Source: Kondoa subrosea
Taxonomy: Eukaryota
Assembly (NCBI GenBank): GCA_039545335.1
Contig: BCIN01000001.1
Coordinates: 1,224,604-1,288,603 of the forward strand
Direction of reading: 5' to 3'
DNA length: 64,000 nucleotides
Each line of letters begins with the position of its first letter. Position 1 is the first letter of the stretch. Shown here in pieces: positions 36,701-49,387 of the stretch. The notes beneath the pieces were generated by a model that saw nothing but the letters and a program-made list of their open reading frames with translations, was not told the origin of the DNA and did not search any database. A program made the translations under genes and the position numbers.

Positions 36701-39363
36701 AAGTCTCCGAAAAATACAGAGGATCAGAGACCTCCACTTCTGAAATCACCTTTTGGCGGAACGTTCAGCTTCGAGCAGAAATCGGGCGAGAAGAAAGAAG
36801 ACTCTGTCACAGAAAAGGCCAAGTCCGCAGAAGGGAAGAAAGACAAGCCTGCCGATAACAAAGCAGAGCAGAAGACGCCAGAGCAAATCTCATCGGAATC
36901 AGGAAAATCTCGAACCAAATCGTTGATGGGTTTCTCTAGCAGTCCTCCCCCTGGTCGTGCTTTGTTTCTATCTGAACAACAAGAAGAGGGCGCAGATCAA
37001 TCGCAATCTGGTAGCAGTGAAGCTTCGGAGCAGCATGCTGAATTGCAAGAAGTCAGCAGCGAAGGTGAAGAGGAGCTCGAACAGGCAAGTCCAGATGAAG
37101 GATCTGGTGAGGAATACGGTGAGGAAGAGGAAGAGCAGCAGGAAGGTGACGAGACAATTGCGCAAGAGAGCGATGCTTCAGAAGAAGTCGAAGAAGAAAA
37201 TGAAGTTTCGCAAGATCCCTCAGCATCTGCAGAGAATGAATCGACCGAACCAGCAGCATCTCATGAGGATGTCAAGCAAAAACCTGAAGCACCAGCATCG
37301 GGACCTGCTGCGATAAACCCAACCTTTTCCTTCTTGCCTTCGAACAATACTCCGGTCTCGGTTTCTCAGGCCACGAAATCGCCTTTTTCTTTCGCTTCGT
37401 CTGCATCTTCTGCCACACCTTCCCAAAGTGCTTCGTCACCATTCGCGGCCTTCAAACCAACGGGACCGTCCAGCTTTGATTCAGGTTCCGGTATAGCAGC
37501 TGCGGACGCCAACAAGCCCAAACCTTCTCCTTTCTCATTCGCAGCTCCGCAACCCAGCAGCGCCACTCAACCCTCTTCTTCCAAGTCATCATTCTCCTTT
37601 GCTGGAGCGACGGCTGCGGCACCTCCCGCATCAGCTTCTTCCGACTCAAGGTCAACCACACCAACCCCCACTTCAGCAGTAAAGACTATGGCTGCCAAGA
37701 TCAATCAGCTCTCCTCGCCTGAAGATTCAATACCAGTGCCTGCTCCGGCTGCCCTGCCAAAAGCGTCTCCCTTCGGCTTCAAGGCGCCTCTATCTTTTTT
37801 TCAGCCTGCTGAACCATTAAGAACCGCTAGCACATCGAACATGAAGCCAGCGGTAGGAAAACAGCAGCCCGAAGCGCCCAAAGAGTCACAGAAACCTGCA
37901 CCATCTTCGCTGAGCAATGTCTCTGTGCCACGACTAGCGTCGCCAGACGTCAAGCCAGAAGCAGGCGAAGAAGGAATGGGCGGCGAATTTCTCAAAGTCT
38001 ATCGAATAATGGAAGCAGAACTGCGCCTAGTAGGTCATGCTACAGAATCTTCCGTAATAAACTTACATTCCCTTTGACAGTTGCACCAAAATACTCAACT
38101 TTGCACCGATTTCATTTCGCGTTTCAGACGACCGCTCCAGCCTGTCGAGGATTTCCCCGTATCTCTGAAAGAAGAGGAGTGGTCATTCGGCGATCTTCCT
38201 CAGCTCGCCAAAGTCTGCAATGCGCTGAAAGAGGATATTACCAAAATCAGCGAATCTAGCAACAAGCAGAATCGCAGAGCGGTAGAATTGCGGGACCTGG
38301 TATTGAAAAGTCAGCTGCTTGTAGCTACTTGAGTGCTCAGACTGACCTATGAGTAACAGGTGATCTGAAGCGAGAAGAGGCAGCTCGCTTCATTCGAGCC
38401 AAATCAGATCCAGAATTCCGCAAGATGCTCAAAGTGCGACAGCTTGGTCCGGAACAAGTGGAGAATCAGAAGACATTGCGACAGAGTAGTCAGGTATTTC
38501 ATTCTCCACAAGAGTGTGATAATTGCTGATACAACATTTCAGCGCGTATACGAGTCCTTGACACAGCTAGAAGAGCAAGTAGCTGTATTGAAAGCCAAGC
38601 TAGACGAAAGGAAGTCTGGCCGTAATGCATTGAAGTGAGTCGCGCGGTTTCTATAGTGTCAGCACTGCTGAGCACGATGCTTAGAACACCTCATTTGGAA
38701 TCGATTACTCGGACAATACATAACATCTCGTCAAGCTTGAGGCAGCGTATCAGCGAATTGGATCGTATGATTCTGGACTTGGAAATGAATCAGCTGAAGA
38801 GTGGCAAACTTTCCAAGTCGCCCTCTAAACCGAAGTCCAGATCCAATACCGACACGGGCGCTGCGGACAATCAGACGACTCCAGAAAAAATTGTCTCTGG
38901 TCCTTCGGCTGAAGTTGCTAGCATTGTCGCTGCAGCTCTCAATACCGAACGAGCAGGAAAGCTACTGAAGTCAACTCTGCTACAAATGCGACCCAAGCCT
39001 CAATTTACCAAGGTTTCGAGCGAATCTCCTTCCAACGAATTTGCCGATCTCCGTTCCGCTTTCGCCAGAGCTCCGATAACAAGTGATAAGCTACCGACGC
39101 CTCGTCGAACCGCTCCCTCTCGTGATGCAACTCCAATGCGACCAACTTTCTTTTCTCTCGATCATGAAGACGACGAAGATCCCGCCTCGCCTTCTCGTCC
39201 TTCATCTAGACCTCAACCGACAGCCAATAGAGGCAGACCGAGCCAGACTTTCAAGGGAGTCTCCCTCTCGTTGGCAGGAGATGAAAGTAGCTCCGAAGAG
39301 GAAGGGAGCGAAGAGGAATATGATACCCTGCAGGATATTGAAGAAGGTTCAGAAGAAGGATAG
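33721..39363 (+). CDS. NUP159: Nucleoporin Nup159/Nup146 (NUP214): beta-propeller, FG repeats, coiled coil
   Basis: N-terminal propeller (ACWSVKGKQIVCG, IRWLENDVF, PPAPLLYAYNSDGIL), SAFG/xFG and AFSF repeats, and C-terminal coiled coil with LKVRQLGPEQVENQKTLR. Confidence 0.88.
35160..37640 (+). repeat. Coding FG / FSF nucleoporin repeats
   Basis: Many (S/P)AFG(S) units at ~35160-36020, then (S/A)FSF(A/T)KP units at ~36040-36560 and ~37320-37610. Confidence 0.85.
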
Positions 39364-40532
39364 TTCAGGATTCGAATGTATAATTCAACTGGACTACTGC
39401 AAACAATTGAGCTACTGCAAACATATGACTTGTGACTCGTAGAACTATCAATGCGTGACTGAAGGTATCACTCCGTGGCCATGAACAGAGTCGACCAAAA
39501 AATCTGCTGGGGTGGACGGTGTGAACGATCCTGACGAAAGTGAAACTTATAGCAAGTTCAAGTTCCCGCTAACAGAGTTCGAATCTTTCGATACTGAAAT
39601 CCTGCCCACAAGGAACCCGGCTCGACAGTATCAAAAGACCCAAATTCAGAATATCGCAGCCATCATTTGTCAAGAAAGATTGCTTTCAAGACGAGGTCAG
39701 AACCTTCAAAGAGGTTACAGCGTTGACAAAGCAAGCCATTGATGATCAGACTACGTTGTGTTCAGGAAAGCGATTTGCTGTGCAGGTTGCATGAGTTGAA
39801 AGAGAAAAGGACTCCTTATTTTACAGGTCATTTCCTTCAGCTGCTCGCCACTGCGGGAAAAGGACACCTTCCCAATCGAGCTTCCTCGCTTTTGTTGATC
39901 TGCCACGGGACCCAGTTCCAAGGGTTTGGCACACAACAGACGCGTAATATGCGATATATTAAAGTCATGCCAATCGCTTCGACCATCTCGATAGCCTGTC
40001 CAACTCTAGAGAGCCTGTTGAGCGCGTCGAGCTGTCAAAGGTGGCAGGCGAGCCTTCACATGCTAGTCAATATCGTAAACTTGGATCTTGAACAACAGAA
40101 CAGGTGGCCGGACTAGTCTTGTTGACAAAGCAGATAGTAGTAGAGCTACTCGAGGGCCAGTAAGGCAAGCAAGACAGGTGTGAATTCCCAGAAGCAATGA
40201 TGTGATTAGTAGAGCCTTAGATCGTGAATTCCGTTGCTTTTTAGTGCATAGGACCTCCAGCAGCGACGCCCTATCATTAGGCGGTATAAAGATATAGTGA
40301 GCTTCGGATATAGCAGACTTGGTATTCATCCGGTCACCGTTTCGTGCAAAGGGAAGAAGTATGAAAAATATAGCTTGAGAAATCTCTACATCAGCCAGAT
40401 GAAGCAGATGCAGCAGTATGAGATTGTATTCGACGAGTGAGCGCTTTTCCGCAGTATCGATCTAATGTTCCTATGAATTGATATATACTTACGACTTGTG
40501 GTATTCTTGTGTTCCTGTTTCATGCTTACTCT

Positions 40533-42426
40533 TCAAGCCAAAGTAACTGATAAACTCATAGAGAAAGGCAGAGCGCTGTCTGTCACAGTAAGCGTTTCGC
40601 CTGAGCTGATCAATTCCGAAAGTGGTTTGTCCAAGTTTGGTCTAGTCGCTTGTTCCAGCTGAGGAGGACCTTGCATGTAGAGCTGCTTTGAACCAGTCGA
40701 AAGCGAAGGTCTTTTGATTTGACTGGCATAAATGTTAGAAGAGACATCACATGAGAGATCTTGACACGAACAAGCCTGGATTTTCTAATAACCAATCCAT
40801 CAATTCCTGAAGAGTAGAAGAAGCCGGTCGAGTAGTTTCGATTGTTTCTCCGCCGCAAGCTGGACATTCTTCTTTCTTCTCGTAGGTGAAAGTGTGCGTG
40901 TAGACAGAGTTTGTACCAACATAGAGCCTTCCAGCAGAAGGATTCAGCATACTCGACATTACAGCATGACGATCACTTACATGTAGTTGTCTAAGTAAGG
41001 TGCTGAAGAAGTAGCGATTTTGAATGCTTCATTGCAGCAGGAAGCTTTAGAAAACGTGAGCAATTGCTTGTCGTTCTAGTATCATACGCACCAGCAATAA
41101 TAGCGTTTGTACTTGCAATAGCTGCATGCGTCTTAAGTCTGCCGATTGAATCATGTATATGCCAAAAGCTGACCTGGAATGATGTTCTTGACAACACCTT
41201 GAGTAGAGCTCCAGGTAACTCCTTCGATACCGAACTCTTTTGCTCTCTTGCTTGCTACATCGAAGAGCCATTGGATATGATCTGGATTATCCGTGTCCAT
41301 TTTCTTGTCTGTACAGAACAAAGCTACTCCAGCGAAACAAGTCCGCAGCTGCAGCAGTGACCGACCTTTGAAAATCCTGGGCCATTCCAATACCGACGCC
41401 CATTCGATGCAATGTTCTGGTAATCTAGGTGTATTGGCAATGGTGCAAATAGGGAAAGTAGTCGGTGGAGTGATCAGATCCAGTGAGCACTCATAGCAAG
41501 AAGAGACGCTTGGCAAGATAACTCTAGATTGTCCCTTGAAACCTGATCATACATCTGTTCAGCTTGTATATCATGTCACGGTACGGTTGCATATACCTTC
41601 TGTTCCACCATCGATCAAAGGCTTGAGTGATTCGGGTACATCAGGGTCAATCATGTTGATCAAGGTTGAGTTAATCCAGCGACGAGCTTCAATGGAATCC
41701 AGACCGCAGATGACCAAATTGAATTGCATGTAATAGGCTTCATCTTTGTCTTGAATTTTACCATAGTAGCTGCATACGAGTTGATTGGAGGTAAAAAAAA
41801 GTCAGAATACACGTACGGAGTCACAGTCACGCCCGGTACTCGTTTCATGATGAAATCAGCCGCAGCAACAGCTTTGCTTTTGCCAACATCCTTCTGCCTA
41901 TTCTCTTTGTCAGATTCAGAGAAACATACTCTACTGATATCGATACTGACCTGAACAAGAACTGCCTGTTCAGATTCGAAACATCGATAGTGTCCATGTC
42001 AATAACGTGAATGTCTTTGAAACCAAGCAAAGCCAAGTTCTGCAAGATCTCGCAGCCTAATCCACCAGCACCAATGACTAAGATTTTGCATTGCTGGCGT
42101 AAGAAGTCCTTGACCTGTTCAAAGCGAGTTCGAGGATTTAAATAACAATGTCATGGCAATTGCAGAGTGGCAGCAACGTACCGTTTGACCAGCTGTGAAA
42201 TCTTCTGTAGTGTAAGGTCCAGGTTTCTCGAGGACTAATGGACCCGAAATCAGGCATTTGTAGCTGATGCTTGAGATGCGAGCTCACTTTGATCAATGGC
42301 AGCATATTGGCCAGGGTCTGGCAAAACAATCTCAGCGCCTGCGTCGCGCATGTAGATCTGAGGCATACATTCCTGGACTGATGCAGACGTCGAAGCTTGA
42401 GCTACAGCACCATTTGAGGTCGACAT
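40533..42426 (-). CDS. UBA3: NEDD8-activating enzyme E1 catalytic subunit
   Basis: [49 protein letters not shown], catalytic-Cys motif [19 protein letters not shown], and [14 protein letters not shown]. Confidence 0.95.
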
Positions 42427-42761
42427 GATCGTTTGAGTTGGACCACTGGAAGTTCAATGCGGGAGATGTGGTGAATGTCGCTGTAGGCGAAGAAGATGTC
42501 ATTGTGGATGCTCTTTCACACGTAAAAGAGCAGCTAGGCATGCCTCAATGAGTAATCTGGAAGCTACAACGCCGCAGCAGAATATGACTCTATAGTCCTA
42601 AAATGAGTGACGCGAACGATATCGTCGCAGGACTCGCAAGACGGGCGAGAGACGTTTAAATGGCACTTGTCGAGAGCAGACAAGTACATAGGCTATCTAC
42701 AATGTTACTTCTTCACTTTTGCTTGTATCGAATTCCCTCAAGAATTCCCTCAAGATTGACT

Positions 42762-45700
42762 TCATTTGCTCCAAGAGAGAGACTATATCGAGTTCATGAG
42801 GTTTCATCACATACGGAAGAAGAAGACTAACAAGAGGAAGCTTTCTTGAAGAGTTTCCAACATGGAAGACATACTCTCCATCACTGACTCTCCACAATTG
42901 CCTGGTCACATCCCAGACTGACAGATCCTTTCTCCTCAATGGGAAGCTGACGGTCTGACTTTGGCCAGCTGGAAGTCGTTTGACCTTTCCGAAACCACGT
43001 AATTGACGGGGTCTATCCAAAGCGATACAAGACATCAGTCGAAGTTCAGGTACAGTAGGTATCAACTTACGGCTCATTCTCTTTAGCAGGGTATTGGACG
43101 TAAAGTTGAGCGACTTCGCAAGCTGTCACATCTCCAGTGTTCTTGACATCGACGGTGACCGTAGCGATGATATCGTAGAGCGAATTGCCTTCTTCGTAAT
43201 CTTCATACGGTTCAGCAGTCTTTTGATAAGCTGCATCATCGGCCTTATACGTCTGATCTAATTTGAGATTTGACATTTCGAACTGTTCAGCAGATCAGTT
43301 AGCAAGAAACCGAAAGGTCATTACATTGACAAACAGTCGAATAACTCAAACCATGACCAAACTCATATCTCGGTGTGATGTTCTTGGAGTCAAACCATCT
43401 GCAAGAGTATCGTGAGATCCACAACAAAGCGAAGATGAAATACTCACCTGTAATCGATGTTCAAAGATTCTGTAAAGTCGGATTGAGGAGCGTAAACGGG
43501 ATCGGTAACGATTGAATTGGGGATATAGTCGTCGACAGATTTGCCAATAGTGAATGGGAGCTTGCCAGAGGGTGAAACGTCGCCATATAGGACTGGGACG
43601 AGAGCATTACCAGACTGTTCGCCTGGAAGAAGGGGTGCCAAGATAGCCGTAACGTTCTTGGAATCAGCGAAAGCTTCAAGATCAGCTGTGCTTGGAATAT
43701 GAAGAATGACGACAACATTGTCCGAAGCTTCTGCTGCAGCCACAATAAGTGATTCGGCGTTTAGCTTGAGATCCAGACGATCTTGTCCTTCCTGAGTGTA
43801 GAAGTTTGCGAAAACCAACACCACATCAGACTGTCGACGAATTCAGAAGTTAAGCAGTCAAGGTGTAATGCATACCAATTTACCTCGGCAGAAAGTTGTC
43901 GAGCATATGCAAGATCGGTATCGTTCAAAGAGTAGCGAACAGTGGTGCCATCTTGCTGAGCACGTCGGGAAATAGCGGCAAGAGGGGTTATGACATTGTG
44001 AGGGAATGAGAAACCAGATCCTGCGCCAAGAGTGACAGTCCCATTATCCGAACCATAAGGGCAGGCATCGCCGAAAGCTCCGCATGCGTCTTGACTGTGT
44101 TGACCTGGGCCCGCATCCGATCCAAGGATAGCAATTCGCTTAGGGGATTTCAGTGGTAAACCGCCTTCGTTCTTCAACAAGATAGCAGAATCTTCACCGA
44201 TACGTTGTAATAATTCCAAGGTCGACGGCTGTTGTACGTTGCGGTAGGTTGTGTTGCCAGCAGCCCCAACAGCGTCAAAGGGAACTGAGGGGAGAGGATT
44301 TTCAGGCTGATTTGAGGCATAATAAGGTGTCAACAATCTTGTGACAGCATCATTGAGTCTTGACTCTTTCACCGTGCCGTTGTTGACCAAGGAGACCAAT
44401 TCCGGGCCCCAGAACGTGCCCAAAGCTCCTGAGTACCCAAAACCTGGCATTTCAATGTCTAGGCCTCCCTCGATAGATTCTTGAGTAGCCCAAGTACCAC
44501 CCCAATGTGAAGACAGCAGAGTAAGCCGAGTAACTTTTGAAAGGAGCTATGAAACTTATCAGAGACAATGCCACCTTGGAAGTTAAGCTCAGTTTTCAAC
44601 AGGCCATTGTTGGTAAACTGATTGTGACAGCTGTGCGTTCTGTTGATCTCGTCTGACGAAGGCTATCAGTGCCACTCTGAAACAATATGCAGTAACTTAC
44701 TGTATGAACACATGACGTATGATGTTCCAGCTCGAACCTGCACATCGTTTAAGTGAGGTCTAGTCCTCGCGGTAAAATCAACGCACAGCATCAGCGAAAG
44801 TCCAAAGGTAGAGCTCATGGGTAGCTTTATCGTCCACATTTGAGGAAATCGGCAGCTGTTCTGATGCAGGGAAAACCGAATAAGAAGCAGTCTGACCGTA
44901 CAGGTTACGGAAAGCTGGGGACTCTATGGTCAGATCACTTTTCCAGATGTCTTTATGTTACGTACTTTCTCTGAAAGCAAAGCAAGCATATTTAGCCTTA
45001 GTGATTCGAGCAGGTGCAATAGCTCACTGTTCATAAGCCATATAATGCCTGCCAGACTGAAATGAGCTCATTTTTCACAGACATGAGGTATAGATGTACT
45101 TGACAGTAGGTAGCACGCCCGCATCTAAGATACCACGGATAGCATGGTATCCGCTGATGCCTGAGCCATACGGATCAGCATGGAAGTTTTCGTACGAGCG
45201 TCCATCCAAAGGAGATCGCCCGTAAGGACCACCGCTGACTGGAGCGAGCGCAACGTTCACACCCTGTGCTCTGAACTCTTTCCCCATGGCCAAAGCTGAT
45301 TGATAGATGAGTTCGACATCCCAAGTAGCAGCGAGAGTGGTCTGTGGTCAGATAAAATGTAACACTCAGAAATTGTCCTTGCCGTCCATACTGAACCTAC
45401 TTCTGCTGCGAATTGGGTCTGTCCATAGGAAGGACGGATTCCTGCTGGTCCATCTGCTCAATCTAATTAGCCAGTAGCCAGAACACCAACTTGGCCACAA
45501 ACCTTGGAGACACAATGCTGTAGGACTTCTCAGCAGCTGATCATCACAGCTCTCGACGTCAACTTACCTGGCACACCCAGACGTTCCACAGCACCAGTAT
45601 TGCCGGCGCATCTGCCTGTTAACACTGTTTAGCAACGACATTCATCTGGACAGCGAGCATACCAATTTGACCAGTAACGACCGAAACCTTTTCTTCGACA

Positions 45701-45984
45701 GTCATTTGTTGGACTAAGCCTGTGACTTTCTCGTGAGCAGACTTCCACAGTATGCCACCATCAGCGACGGCTTAATAGAAGCAAATTTCAGCGTAATGCA
45801 AAAGTGTAAGAAATCTGGGGTAAAACTGACGAGTTGAGATATTTTGCGATGCATTGATGAGCTGAGAACCATTGTTGTATTGTCTTGCAATGATTGAAGC
45901 TCTATCCACTAGATTGATCTCGGTAGGGAATGCTAAAGCCGAAGCTACGAAAAGAGCAAGCTGGATTCTTGCGCTCGTCAACAT
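42762..45984 (-). CDS. Secreted glycoside hydrolase family 3 beta-glucosidase with Fn3-like C-terminus
   Basis: Signal peptide, LCLQDGPAGIR, GRSPLDGRSYENF, KHYMAYEQE, MCSYN, LKTELNFQGGIVSDWG (nucleophile motif, needs an AT-AC intron), SPSGKLPFTI, EFGHGLSY and RQLRGFGKV. Confidence 0.93.
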
Positions 45985-46212
45985 CTTGCAATTGGAAAGA
46001 CTGCTTGGCTAAGATGGCGGTAGCAATGAAGAGCTGTCAGCGAGTAGTACGCTGTGCAAGGCAGAACCGTTCTTGCTTCCATATGCCTTGTCAGAAGGAA
46101 GTGGGATTAGCGCATGCGGAGAGAATTCGACCGGCTTCTGTCGAAAGACACAGCCAGGAGTCAAGTAGTAATACAATGGCAAGTAATCTATGATACACGC
46201 ACTTCTCTCACT

Positions 46213-47947
46213 CTATCCTATTACCGAACCCTTTCGATCACTCGTATTGAAGATCATTTCTAACGACCCCAGAATCTTGTTGAGCTCATTATGAAACTCC
46301 ATCTCCTCTTGTACTTTCTTCTGCAGCAGTTGAAACATCTTGTCTATCGTAGGCGACAAACCTAAAACTCGATCATACAGATCTAAACCCGAAAAACAAG
46401 AATTAGCTTCGTTTACCCGCTTCCCGTCCAGTTGAAGCGACTAACCTATGATTATACCGATATATTGAGCAACTTTCCTGCCCCACCGAGGATCTGAAAC
46501 TTGTTTAGAGCAGAACTTGAGTATCGGCATGAGATCTTGATCATCTCTTCCACCCATAGCAAGAGGTAAAGCGTTCTGTCTTTTCAGCTCATCCAGAAGA
46601 GCAATCACTTTCTTGGGGTCGATAGCTTTCTTGGCAAGCACGCTATCCAAGGCATCACTGTATCTAAAACTTCGCATCAAACGATCCCATTCGTTCAGTT
46701 TAGGAGGTCGTTTTCGATCCCGGGTTGAAGAAGTTCGATAGGTCGTTTCAAGTGGTTTAGGTATCGATTGTGCTTGAGCTTGCTGTTGTGCTTCTAGCCT
46801 CTTTGCACTCCTCGATTTACCTCCCAGCGAGACAGGGGCTGTTGGCTTCGAACGAATAGAAAGAGTTCCGTCGGATGATCCAACGACGAGCGTCGAGTCG
46901 TTTGGCTATAGCAGCATTAGTAGAGCTCCTACACCAAGAAATTCAACTTACTGATAGAGCCATTGACAAGATCTGGCCGCCATAACGCATAGTATGACCA
47001 ACTTTCCATTGCCCTTCATCAATTTGATACACTTTGACCAAACCATCCAAACCACCAGAAAGGAGCTTCTTATACTCAGTATGATCACCCCAACATAAAC
47101 TCGTTATGGTTTTCTGATGATTCGACAACGCTTTCAAAGGTCTACTCGATCCAGATATCAGATCCCATATCCGAATCAAAGGGCCACCAGCTGAGATAGC
47201 CATTGTACCGGATGGATGTAGAAGAACTTTTTCTACTGGATAACCATGATTGAAAGACATTGTTTCAGCTGAATCAGGTTCTGATCTAGAATCCCATAGT
47301 TTGACTGTTCCGTCATAAGAACCGGAAAGGTAAAGATTTGCTGAAGAAGGAACGAAAGCTGCTGTACGGACGTAGTCGGCATGGTTGGAGAAGGTGGAAA
47401 GAGGTGCAGCTGTTGCTAGATCAAAAGTTCGAACTGTGCCATCATCTGAAGAGGTAAGGATTTGAGGTGTATTATTTGCTGCGGAAGTGGATGAAAAGAG
47501 TGTGGTATGTACAGGCCTGTCACTTCGGGTCAGCACCAGCTACACATAACTAGATTTGATCACGACTGACTGCTGATGCTCTTTGATCGTCCTCAGAATA
47601 GCTCTGGATGCCAGATCAAACACTTGAACTGTTCCTCCATCATCTCCTGCTACTACAAGCTTGCCATCGTCCCTTATATGACCAGATCTAGCTGTTTCCT
47701 TAAACCTCGAAATAGTTTTCACAACTCTCGCAGTCTTGGGTGTATAGATCTGTACACGCGTTCCACTTGTCACAGCAAACCTGTGAGGCGTAGTAGGGCT
47801 GAAGTAGAGATCTGTGACTGCGGCATAGTTTTTGATGAATGTTGAAGTTTTGAACTCTTTCCATAAACGACCTTCTGCTTTGGCTGACTTGCTGGATCCT
47901 GCGCCTGTGGAAGGAAAGCTGGCTTGCTTCACTGGGTAATAATCCAT
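46213..47947 (-). CDS. UTP15: U3 snoRNP-associated WD40 protein Utp15
   Basis: FAVTSGTRVQIY, VKTISRFKE, IRDDGKLVVAGD, SRAILRT, HADYVR, SNHQKTIT, LLSGGLDGLVKVY and C-terminal FRYSDALDSVL. Confidence 0.93.
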
Positions 47948-48505
47948 TCACACCAGGCTCGGGTTTTGGGTATAAAGCGTCGTTCGCAAAGGAAGAGCAA
48001 GAGATTTTGTTGCTTCTTGTCTCTTCGCCGTAGCTTCGCTTCAAGGTATCTGTATGGGCTGCCAGGCGTAGCAAAGGGGAATGAGATTCGCCTCAGAACA
48101 TGATGAGTTAGACGACAATGCATAATCTAAATTTGCCTATCGAGGAAATACCGCAAGGCTCTGCCAAGGCCTGATCAATCCTGCTGTTTATATCGATACT
48201 GTACCAAATTGATGTTCTTCCATATTTTCCTGCTCTCCGACTCATATTCAAACCAAAACCTGTATTATGTCTTCTTGAACTCTCCTACATATCATATACC
48301 TATCATGCTAGTCGAGCAACTTTGGCGCTCGCAAACCAAAACCGACGACGGGATAAGCTAGAAAGAGCCGATTTCTTAAGATTCACCATGATATCAGGTG
48401 ATAGATGGCAGAGTTGACACAGAGGAAGTGGAGACAGGAAGGAAGATAGAAAGACATTAAAAGCAGAGCAGGTCTTCGATCACGCCAAACAGCTGTTTTA
48501 ATGCA

Positions 48506-49191
48506 TTACTCTGAGACGTAAAACCCATACTGCGAAGTTGTCCATATAAGCGAGAGTGCTGTTTTTCACATCAGCGATCTCATTTACTATTCAGAAGGAG
48601 ATTGTGACTTACTGCCTACTACTGTCGGGCTGAGGAAAGGCACATCGATTCTAGCAGTCTTGAAAATGAGCAGCTCCGAAGTATAGTGAAGCAGTACGAG
48701 GATGTAAGAGAGCAAAGTGATGGTGTACCATCTGTACGAAACCTACTTGTTCAGCGAAACGATACAGCTAAAGAGGTAGACGAAACGTACGATTTGTCTG
48801 TGATGTTGTACGCTGCGAAGATTCTAATTGCTGCACTTGTCAACGTCCAAAGCCCAAACGTTCTTCCCTGCAATTCAGTAGCTACGAGAGAATTAAGACT
48901 TCAGCGGAGGTTAATGGCACAGAGCACAGCGCTTACCTTCATGAGGTTTGACGCCGTACACGCGTTTCGTCAGCTTTGTAGTGACGAAATTCTGAGCAGT
49001 ATTGAAGAGGGCCAGTAGAGAGCTATAAAGATCGGAATTCAGCCTTAAATGCAGGATGTAGCCTTAATTTGACTTGCGTAAAAAGAAACCAATATGGCAG
49101 ATCTGCGACAAGTCAGCGAGCGAAGCAGGCTCCCAGATATTGACTCACATCCACCGGCACTCTCAGGTAAGTACTGCGTAAATCCACCCAT
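48506..49191 (-). CDS. ERG28: Ergosterol biosynthesis scaffold protein Erg28
   Basis: Six hand-spliced exons give MGGFTQYLPESAGGYLPYWFLFTSLLALFNTAQNF...KRVYG...LQGRTFGLWTLTSAAIRIFAAYNI...LHYTSELLIFKTA...SPTVVG.LSLIW. One intron is GC-AG. Confidence 0.88.
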
Positions 49192-49387
49192 GACTGACCG
49201 AGAGAAGAGTCAGAACGGAAAAAACTTCAATCTTGGCGTGTTTTTTTGTGCTGATTAGTCAGCAAAAGTCAAGCGATTCTAACACATTTGAGCTAGGAAT
49301 AGGAAAGAGCCCAGTAATTAAAAGTGCAAGGATTGCATAAGTGAATGTACAAGATGAAAGCTCGAACACGAATACCCTTTGTCCCAT

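Noticed and set aside
42730..42753. 12-bp tandem duplication GAATTCCCTCAA x2, plus short (AG)n near 19293 and (ATC)n near 62312
   Set aside because: Ordinary slippage repeats in UTR or intergenic DNA, with no array or mobile-element structure.
44507..44559. U12-type (minor spliceosome) interpretation of the AT-AC intron
   Set aside because: The donor is ATAAGT rather than ATATCCT and there is no TCCTTAAC branch; the signals match the U2-type introns around it.
20190..49191. Sterol/isoprenoid biosynthetic gene cluster (RER2, DHCR24-like, ERG28)
   Set aside because: ERG28 is about 25 kb away with many unrelated housekeeping genes between, and there is no backbone secondary-metabolite enzyme.
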